Source: the human T2T-CHM13v2.0 reference genome, Homo sapiens
DNA: 64,000 nucleotides
Assembly: GCF_009914755.1 (NCBI RefSeq)
Contig: NC_060927.1
Direction: 5' to 3' (one strand)
Position 1 is the stretch's first letter. Each line of letters starts with the position of its first letter. Below are positions 53,414 to 64,000 of this stretch, one piece after another. The notes under the pieces were generated by a model that did not search any database, had not been told where the DNA came from, and saw only the letters and a program-made list of their open reading frames with translations. Made by a program: the position numbers and the translations under genes.

Positions 53414-56400
53414 CTATTGGGTCTTTTTTAAAAAAAATCTGTTTAGCCACTCTGTCTTTTGACTGGAGAGTTTAGTCCATTTACATTCAATGTTATTATT
53501 GATAAGTAAGAACTTACTCCTGCCATTTTGTTATTTGTTTTGTGGTCTTCTCTTCCCTTTTTTCCTTCTTTCCTGTCTTCCTCTTAGTGAAAATGATTTT
53601 ATCTAGTTGTATGTTTTCATTTTTTCCTTTATATTTTTTGTGTATCTGTTGTATTTTTTTGATTTGAGGTTATCATGAGGCTTGCAAATAATATCTTATA
53701 ACTCATTTTATTTTTTTATTTCAATAGATTTTGGGGAACAGGTGGTGTCTGGTTACATTGATGAGGTCTTTAGTGGTGATTGCTGAGATTTTGGTGCACC
53801 CATCACCCGAGCAGTGTACACTGCACCCAATGTGTAGCCTTTTATCCCTTACCCTCTCCCACCTGGATTCCTCCCAAGTCCCCAAAGTTCATTGTATCAT
53901 TCTTATGCCTTTGTGTCCTCATAGCTTAGGTCCTACTTATAAGTGGGAACATATGATGTTTGGTTTTCAGTTCCTGAGTTACTTCACTTAGAATAATGAT
54001 CTCCAACTCCATATCCAGGTTGCTGCAAATGTCATTATTTTATTCCCTTTTATGGATGAGCAGTATTTTATTATCTACTACTCATTACCTGAGGGGCATT
54101 TGGGCTGGTTCCATATTTTTGCAATTGTGAATTATGCCACTATAAACATATGTGTGCAAGTGTCTTTTTCGTATAATGACTTCTTTTCCTCTGGGTAGAT
54201 ACCCAGGAGTGGAATTGCTGGATCAAATGGTAGATCTGCTTGTAGTTCTTTAAGGAATCTCCATATCATTTTCCATAGTGGTTGTACTAGTTTACATTCC
54301 CACCAGCAGTGTAAACGTGTTCCCTTTTCACCACATCCATGCCAACATCGATTATCTTTTGATTTTTTAAAATTATGGCCATTCTTGCAGGAGTAAGGTG
54401 GTATCACATTGTGGTTTTGATTTGCATTTCCCTGTTAACTAGTGATGTGGAGCATTTTTTTCATGTTTGTTGGCCATTTGTATATCTTCTTTTGAGAATT
54501 GTCTATTTGTGTCCTTAGCTCCCTTTTTGATAGGATTATTTGTTTTTTCCTTGCTGATTTGTTTGAGCTCCTTGTAGACTCTGGATATTTTTCCTTTGTT
54601 GGATGCATAATTTGCAAATATTTTCTCCCACTCTGTGGTTGTCTGTTTGCTCTGCTGGTTATTTCTTTTGCTGTGCAGAAGCTTTTTAGTTTAATTAAGT
54701 CACAATTATTTATCTTTGTTTCTGTTGCATTTGCTTTTGGGTTCTTGGTCATGAACTCTTTGCCTAAACCAATGTCTAGAAGAGTTTTTCTGATGTTATC
54801 TTCTATAATTTATAAATTTCCGTCTTAAATTTAAGTCTTTGATCCATCTTGAATTGATTTTTGTATAAGGTGAGAGATAGGGATCCAGTTTCATTCTTCT
54901 ACATGTGCCTTACCAATTATCCTGGCACCATTTGCTGAATAGGATGTTCTTTCCCCACTTCATGTTTTTGTTTGCTTTGTTGAAGATCAGTTGCTGTAAG
55001 CATTTGGCTTTATTTCTGGATTCTCTCTTTTTGTTCCATTGGTCTATGTGCCTATTTTTATAACAGTACCACCCTATTTTGGTGATTATAGCCTTGTAGT
55101 ATAGTTTGAAGTCAGTTAACGTGATGCCTCCAGATTTGTTCTTTTTGCTTAGTCTTGCTTTGGCTATGTGGACCCCTTTTTGGTTCTGTATAAATTTTAG
55201 AATTTTTTTCTAGTTCTTTGAAGAATGATGGTAGTATTTTGATGAGAATTGCATTGATTTTGCAGATTGCTTTTGGCAGTATGGTCATTTTTACAATATC
55301 TATTCCTCCCATTTATGAGCATGGGATGTGTTTCCATTTGTTTGTGTCATCTATGATTTCTTTGAGCAATGTTTTGTAGTTTTCCTTGTAGAGGTCTTTC
55401 AACTCCTTGGTTAGGTATATTCCTAAGTATTTAATTTTTTCTGGCAGCTATTGTAAAAGGGGTTGAGTTCTTGGTTTGATTCTTAGCTTGGTTGCTGTTG
55501 GTGTATAGCAGTGCTACTGATTTGTGTACATTGATTTTATATTGTGAAACTTTACTGAATTCACTTATCAGATCTAGGAGCTTTTTGGATAAGTCTTTAA
55601 GATTTTCTAGATATATGATTACATCATTGACAAACAGCAACAGTTTGACTTCCCCTTTACCAATCTGGATGCCCTTTATTTCTTTGTCTTATCTGATTGC
55701 TCTGGTTAGGACTTCCAGTACTATGTTGAATAGAAGTGCTGAAAGGGGGCATCCTTGTCTTGTTCCAGTTCTCAGGGGGAATGCTTTCAACTTTTCCCTG
55801 ATCAGTATAATGTTGGTTTTCCATTTGTCATAGACGGCTTTTATTATTTTAAGGTATGTCCCTTTTATGCCAATTTTGCTGAGGGTGATAATCATAAAGG
55901 GATGCTGGATTTTGGCAATTGGTTTTTCTGCATCAATTGAAACGATCATATAATTTTTGTTTTTAATTCTGTTTATGTGGTGTATCACATTTATTGACTT
56001 GCATATGTTAAACAATCCCTGCATCCCTTGTATGGAATCAACTTCATCATGGTGGATTTTCTTTTTGATAATGCTGTTGGATTTGGTTAGCTAGTATTTT
56101 GTTGAGGATTTTTGCATCTGTGTTCTTCAGGGATATGTTTCTGTAGTTTTCTTTTTTTGTTATGTCCCTATTCTATGATTAAATCATGGAATGATTTAGG
56201 GAGGATTCCCTCTTTATCTTTCGGAATAGTTCCAGTAGGATTGGTACCAATTCTTTTTTGAAAGTCTGATAGTATTCAGCTGTGAATCCATCCAGTCCTA
56301 GACTTTTTTTGGTGGGAATTTTTAAATTACAATTTCAGTCTCGCTGCTCATTATTATTAGTCTGTTTGGAGTTTCTATTTTTTTCCTGGTTTAATTTAAG

Positions 56401-56495
56401 AAGATTGTATATTTCCAGCAATTTATCCATCTCCTCTAGGTTTTCTAGTTTGCACACATAAAGGTGTTCATGGTAGCCTTGAATGATGTTTGGAT

Positions 56496-56805
56496 TTCTT
56501 TTTTTTTTTTTTTTTTTTTTGAGATGGAGTCTCTCTCTGTTGCCCAGGCTGGAGTGCAGTGGCATGATCTTAGCTCACTGCAAGCTCCGCCTCCCAGATT
56601 CACACCATTATCCTGCCTCAGCCTCTCGAGTAGCTAGGACTAAAGGTGCCCACCACCACGCCTGGATAATTTTTTTTTTGTATTTTTTAGTAGAGACGGG
56701 GTTTCACCGTGTTAGCCCAATGGTCTCGATCTTCTGACCTCCTGATCCACCCGCCTCAGCCTCCCAAAGTGCTGGGATTACAAGCATGAGCCACTGTGCC
56801 TGGCC
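56496..56805 (-). mobile_element. AluY-like
   Basis: Reverse Alu; TSD ATGAT(G/C)TTTGGATTTCT. Confidence 0.9.
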
Positions 56806-59510
56806 ATGATCTTTGGATTTCTGTGCTATTAGTTGTAATGTCTCCCATTTCATTTCTAATTGAGCTTATTTGGATCTTCTGTCTTCTTTTCTTGGTTAAT
56901 CTCACTAATGATCTATAAATTTTGTTTATCTTTTCAAAGAATCAACTTTTTGTTTCATTTATCTTTTGTATTTTTGTTGTTGTTTCAATTTCATTTAGTT
57001 CTGCTCTGATCTTAGTTATTTCTTTTCTTCTGCTGGGTTTGGGTTTGGTTTGTTCTTGTTTCTCTAGATCCTTGAGGTGTGACTGTAGGTTGTCTATTTG
57101 TGTTCTTTCAGACTTTTTGATGTGGGCATTTAATACTATAAATTTTCCTCTTAGCACTGCTTTTGCTGTATCCCAGAGGTTTTGATAGGATGCATCACTA
57201 TTATCATTCAGTTCAAAGAATTTTTTAGCTTTCATCTTGATTTCATTGTTGACCCAGAGATCATTCAGGAGGAGCTTATTTAATTTCCATGTATTTGCAT
57301 GGTCTTGAGGGTTCCTTTTGGCGTCAATTTCCAATTTTAGTCCACTGTGGTCTGAGAGAGTATTTAATATCATTTCATTTTTTAAAAATTCATTGAGACT
57401 TGTTTTGTGGCCTATCATATGGTCTATTTTGGAGAATGTTCCATGTGCTGATACATAGAATGTATATTCTGCAGTTGTTGTACAGAATGTTCTGTAAGTA
57501 TCTGTTAAGTCCATTTGTTCTAGGGTATAGTTTAAGTCCATTGTTTCTTTGTTGACTTGCTATCTTGATGACCTGTCTAGTGCTGTCTATGGAATACTGA
57601 AGTCCTCCACTATTATTGTGGGGCCATCTATCTCATCTCTCAGTTCTAGTAGTAATTGTTATATAAATTTGGGAGCTCCAGCGTTAGGTGCATATATATT
57701 TAGGATTGTGATATTTTCCTGTCGGACGAGTCCTTTTATCATTATGTAATATAATAATATATAATATGATAATAATGTCTTTTTTAATTGTTATTGCTTT
57801 AAAGTCTGTTTTGTCTAATATAAGAATAGGCACTCCTGCTCAGTTTGGTGTCCATTTGCATGAAATATCTTTTTCCACCCCTTTACCTTAAGTTTATGTG
57901 AGTCCTTATGTGTTAGGTGAGTCTCTTAAAGACAGCAGATACTTGGTTGGTGAATTCTTATCCATTCTGCAATTCTGTAACTTTTAAGTGGAGCATTTAG
58001 GCCATTTACATTCAACGTTAGTATTGACATGTGAGATATTAACGCTATTCATCATGCTAGTTGTCTGAATACCTTAGGTTTTTAAAATTGTATTATTGGG
58101 TTATAGGGCCTATAACATTTATGTTTTAAGGAGGTTCTATTTTGGTGTAGTTTGAGGTTTTGTTTCAAGATTTAGAATGCCTTTTAGCAATTCTTATAGT
58201 GCTGGCACAGTAGTGGTGAACTCTGTCAGCATTTGTTTGTCTGCAAAAGACTTTATCTTTCCTTCATTTATAGAGCTTAGTTTTGCTGGATACAAAATTC
58301 TTGGCTGATAATTAGTTTGCTTAAGGATGCTAAAGATAGGACCCCAATCCCTACTAGCTTATAGGGTTTCTACTGAGAAATCTGCTGTTAATCTGATAGG
58401 TTTTCCTTTATAAGTTACCTGACATTTTTGCCTTACAGCTCTTAAGATTCTTTCCTTTGGCTTGACTTTAGATAACCTGATGGCTCTTTGCCTAGGTGAT
58501 TATCTTTTTGCAATGAATTTCCCAGGTGTTCTTTGAGCTTCTAGTATTTGGATATCTAGATCTCTAGCAAGGCCAGGGAAGTTTTCTTTGATTATTCCCT
58601 CAAATAAGTTTTCCAAACTTTTAGATTTATCTTCTTCCTCAGGAACAGCAATTATTCTTAGGTTTGGTCATTTAACATACTCCCAAACTTCTTGGAAGCA
58701 TTATTTACTTACTTATTTACTTATTTATTTGGTCTTTGTCAGATTGGGTTAACTTGAAAGCTTCACTTTCAAGCTCCAAAGTTCTTTCTTCTACTTGCTC
58801 ATTTCTATTGCTGAAACTTTTCAGTGTATTTTGCATTTCTCTAAGTGTGTCTTTCCTTTCCAGAAGTTGTGATTGTTTTTTATGATCATATCTATTTATC
58901 TGGAGATTTTTTCATCCATATCCTGCATTATTTTTTAAATTTCTTGAAATTGCTTTTCACCTTTCTTTGGTGCCTTCTTGAGTAGCTTAATAATCAACCT
59001 TCTGAATTTTTTTTTTTTCTGGCAATTCAGAGATGTTTTCGTGGTTTGGCTCCATTGCTGGTTAGCTAGTGTGATCTTCTGGGGGTGTTATAGAACCTTG
59101 TTTTGTCATATTACCAAAAGTGTTTTTTTCTGGTTTCTTCTCAGTTGGGCAGACTATATCACAGGGAAGATCTGGGACTCCAGCGCTGCTGTTCAGATTC
59201 TTTTTTCCCATGGGGTGATTCCTTGATGTGTTGTTCTCCCCCTTGCCCCAGGGATAGGGCTTTCTGAGAGCTTTACTGCAGTGATTGTTATTGCTTTTCT
59301 GGGTCTAGCCATCCAGTGGAGCTACCAGGTTCTAGGTTGGTACTGGGGAGTGTCTGTAAAGAGCCCTGTGATGTTATTCATCTTCAGGTCTCTCAGCCAT
59401 GGATACCAGTACCTGCTTTGGTGGAGGTAGCTGGTGAGTGAAGTGGACTCTGTGAGAGTCCGTGGCTATAGTTTTGTTTAGTGCACTTGTTTTCTCAAAT
59501 GCTGATTACA

Positions 59511-59859
<349 letters not shown>

Positions 59860-60381
59860 TCATGTGGACAGACTCAAGACCTCTGATTAGTCAGGATATT
59901 ACAATAGTGGAATTAGCTGCTGTTTTCTCCTTCCTTGGGACAGGGTTGTTCTGTTATGAGTTGCTGTAATGGCTTAAGTTGATTGACCTCCAACCAGGAA
60001 ACAGCATTTTCAAGACAGCGTCAACTGCAGTAGTATACTAGCAGTAGTATACAAGTAATATAGTAGTAGTATACAAGATTGCCCTAAGGTCACCTGGATA
60101 AGTATTCAGATTTCTCAGGCAATGGGTTGGACCATAGAGCTCCTATAAGCTTATGTCTTTCGTCTTTGGCTACCAGGGCAGGTAGAGAAAATCCATCAGG
60201 TGGGGGCAGGATTAGACATGTCTGAGCTCAGGCTCTCCTTGGGTCAGGCTTGCTGTGGGCACTGTGGGGGATAGGGGAGAAGTTCTCAGGCCAATGGAGC
60301 TATGATCCAATGGCGATTATGGCTGCCTCTGCTGCTTCATACGCGTTGCCAGGGAAATCAGGGAAAGCCAGCTGTGACAGG

Positions 60382-60738
60382 TGATATGGTTTGGCTCTGT
60401 GTCTCCACCCATATCTCATCCTGAATTGTACTCCCATAATTCTCTCATGTAATGGGAGGGACCCATTGGGAGATAATTAGGATCATGGGAGTAGTTCCCC
60501 CATACAGTCCTCATGGTAGTGAATAAGTCTCACATGATCTGACAGTTTTATCAGGGGTTTCCACTTTTGCATCTTCTTCATTTTTTACTCTTGCTGCCGC
60601 CATGTAAGAAGTGCCTTTTGCCTCCCACCATGATGCTGAGGCCTCCCCAGCCATGTGGAACTGTAAGTCCAATTAAACCTCTTTTTCTTCCCAGTGTTGG
60701 GTATATCTTTATCAGCAGTGTGAAAACAGACTAATATA
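60382..60738 (+). mobile_element. THE1 (THE1A-like) solo LTR within the L1PB 5' region
   Basis: TGATATGGTTTGGCT...CAGACTAATATA; TSD ACAGG/ACTGG. Confidence 0.88.
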
Positions 60739-61939
60739 ACTGGCCTCACCCAGCTCCCATGCAGCCAGCAAGGTCAGTCTGACTCCTGCCAGCTCTCCCA
60801 ACAGCCAACAGAGCTGAATTTATATCCAGGCTTCTGGTGCATAGGGTTGAGGTCCTACCTCAGTCTACAAGCCTCCCCACTGAGAAAGCAAGCAGGGCTT
60901 TCAGGTCTTGCCCTTCCCTGCCTGCTGCAGCTTCTGTGCTTGTATCTGTACTTCTTGTTCACCCTCTTGCTCCAACTTTTTTGCCCAGGAAAATTCATGC
61001 TCGGTCAAAATTATTACAAAGTTCCTTTGGAAGCCTTCTTTTCCCTGTGATCCTTCCCCAATTCCACTGGCTGCCCTCCCCAAGGACCCCTATGAGATAA
61101 AATCAGAAATGGCTTCCCTGAGGACTGGGAGTGCCTACAGGGCTCTTCCTGCTGCTACTTCTACTTTTATATTTCGCTTGGCTCTCTAAATTTGTTTAAG
61201 CTCTAGGTAAGGTTAAATCCTTCTCCTATGATCTGGATTTTCAGGTTCCCCAGTGAGGATGTGTGTTCAGAGGCAGGATTTCCCCCTTCACACTTTTGGA
61301 ACTGACAGATTTTTGGCTGTCTCATGGAGTTTGCAGTGGAAAGCCACTTCTTTCAAAGGGTCTATGAATTCTTTTGGTTTTCCTGGTATGTTCCTGCAGT
61401 GGTTCTTGGAGCTAAAGTTCACAGTGTGTTTTCACATGCTGTTCTGTCCATCTGAGTGGGAGCTGCAAGTTAGTCCTGCCTCCTATCTGCCATTTTTTTT
61501 CTGAGAGCTTTCACTTTTACTGCTCTAACCTATTATTTTAAACTGATGATAACACTTTGTTTATGTTTATTTATGACATTGCATAAACAAACAAGCAAGA
61601 AAAAACTAATAAAACCTCTACACTTTAACTTCATCCTATCACTTTTTAATTTTTTATTGTTTCTATTTATATCTTATTGTACTATGTCTTAAAAAGTTGT
61701 AGTTATTATTTTTGATTGACTTTTCATTTTACTACTCAAGATATGAGTAATTTATGTACCACAATTACAGTGTAATAATATTATGTATTTTTCTGTGTAT
61801 TTACTATTAGCAGTGAGTTTTGTATCTTCAGATGATTTCTTATTCCTCATTAACATCCTTTTCTTTCAGATTGAAGAACTCTCTTTAGCATTTCTTGTAG
61901 AACAGGTCTAGTGTTAACACAATTTTTTAGCTTTTACTT

Positions 61940-62364
<425 letters not shown>

Positions 62365-64000
62365 TTTGAGTTAAATCTGCTTGGTGTTCTAGGACCTTTT
62401 TGTACTTTAATATTGATATCTTTCTCTAGGTTTGGGAAGTTCTCTGTTATTATCCCTTTGAATAAACTTTCTATCCCTATCTCTCTCTCTACCTACTCTT
62501 TAAGGCCAATAACTCTTAGATTTGCCCTTCTGAGGCTATTCTCTAGATCTTGTAGGCATGCTTCATCCTTTTTTATTCTTTTTTCTTTCATCTCCTCTGT
62601 GTATTTTCAAATAGCCTGTCTTCAAGCTCACTAATTCTTTCTTCTGCTTGATTCATTCTGTTCATAAGAGACTGATGCATTCTTCAGTATGTCAATTGCA
62701 TTTTTCAACTTAGGAATTGCTGTTTGATTCTTTTTAATTATTTCAATCTCTTTGTTAAATTTATCTGATAGGATTCTGCATTCTTTCCCTGTGTTATCTT
62801 GAATTCCATTGAGTTTCCTCAAAACAGCTATTTTAAGTTCTCTGTGACATATCTCTGCCTCTCCATAATTGGTCACTGGTGTCTTATTTAGTTCATTTGG
62901 TGAGGTCATTTTCCTGGATGGTCTTGATGCTTGTGGATGTTCAGTAGTGCCTGGGCATTGAAAGTCAGATATTTATTGTAGTCTTTGCAGTCTAGGTTTG
63001 TTTGCATCTTTCTTTCTTGGGAAGGCTTTCCAGGTATTCAAAGGGACTTGGGTATTGTGATCCACATTTTGGTCACTGCAGCTGTATCTGCATTAGGAGG
63101 CACCCCAAGCCCAGTAATGCTGTGGCTCTTGCAGACTCAGAGGTACTGCCTTGGTGGTCTTGGATAAGATCCAGAAGAATTATCTGGATTATCAGGCAGA
63201 GACTCTTGTTCTTTTCCCTTACTTTCTCCTGGACAAATGAAATCTCTCTCTCTCTGTGCTGAGCTTCTTGGAGCTGGGGATGGGGTGACACAAGTGCCCC
63301 TCTGGACACCACCACTGGTGCTGCTCTGTGTCAGACCTGAAGCCAGCACAGCACTGCATCTTGCTCAAGGCCCATGTTAACTATTGTCTGGCTACTGCGT
63401 GTGTTCACTCAAGGCTCTACAGTCAGCAGCTAGTGAATCCAGCTAGGCTTGTGTTTTTCCTTTCAAAGCAGCAAGTTTCTCCTGGTCCCAGATTCAGAGA
63501 TGCCATTTGGGATCTAGGGCCTGGAGTTGGAAACCTTAGGAATCCATCTAGTGCTCTATTCTACTTCAGCTGAGCTGGCATCCAAGCTGCAAGCCAAATT
63601 CCTTCCCACTCTTCCTTCCCCTTTCTGCAAGCAGAGGAGTCTGTTCCCATGGCCCCCATGGCCCTAGGCCCACAGCAAGTACTAGCACTGATGTTCATTC
63701 AAGGCCCAAGGGTCCTTCAGTCAGTTTGTGGTGAATGTTGCCAGCCCTGAGACTCTCCCTTCGGGGCAGTGGGCTCCCTTCTGGCTCAAGCCTGGTCTAG
63801 AAATGCTTTCCAAGAGGCAAGGCCTGGAAGTGGTGACTCTAAGAGCCTGCTTGTTGCTCTAACCGACTGTGGCTGAGCTTGTACCTAAGCTGCAAGACAA
63901 AGTCCCTTTTACTCTGTCCTCTTCTTTTCTGAAGCAGAAAGATTCTCTTCCCATAGGCACCACAGCTGCAAATTTGCTGAGTCACACCTGAAGCCAGCAT

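Noticed and set aside
56942-57541. 199-aa ORF
   Set aside because: Fragment of L1 ORF2 in a disrupted element; not a host gene or an active L1.

Overview
Human/primate genomic DNA, mostly interspersed repeats. I recognise it from memory (not a database search) as the ZNF80 locus on 3q13.3, between DRD3 and TIGIT. The only credible protein-coding gene is the intronless minus-strand ZNF80 (CDS 25184-26005, 273 aa C2H2 zinc-finger protein), directly downstream of a solitary LTR12/ERV9 LTR (26072-27785, TSD CAAC) known to act as its promoter. On the far side of that LTR the minus strand carries a decayed, intron-free KRAB-A/KRAB-B/linker fossil (about 27790-28121) with promoter-like motifs upstream, and more fossil fingers lie in the 3' UTR. 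I infer that ZNF80 is a retrocopy of a ZNF599/ZNF264-type KRAB-ZNF that the LTR split and re-launched as a KRAB-less protein. Next to it is a full-length processed pseudogene of ATOSB/FAM214B (19200-22212, TSD and poly-A). Other notable structure: a full-length MST (MaLR) element whose 3' LTR carries a four-copy composite Alu-arm/(GAAA,GGAA)n/LTR-end tandem repeat; a 49-nt polyadenylated mini-insertion of unknown origin; a chimeric locally templated duplication near 1.7 kb; a tandemly duplicated hairpin; a 34-bp minisatellite; and a 20-kb nested stack of L1MA/L1PB/L1PA/MER41/THE1/Alu elements including a very young AluYa5-like copy. Repeat subfamily names come from memory of consensus sequences, and boundaries of old repeats are approximate.
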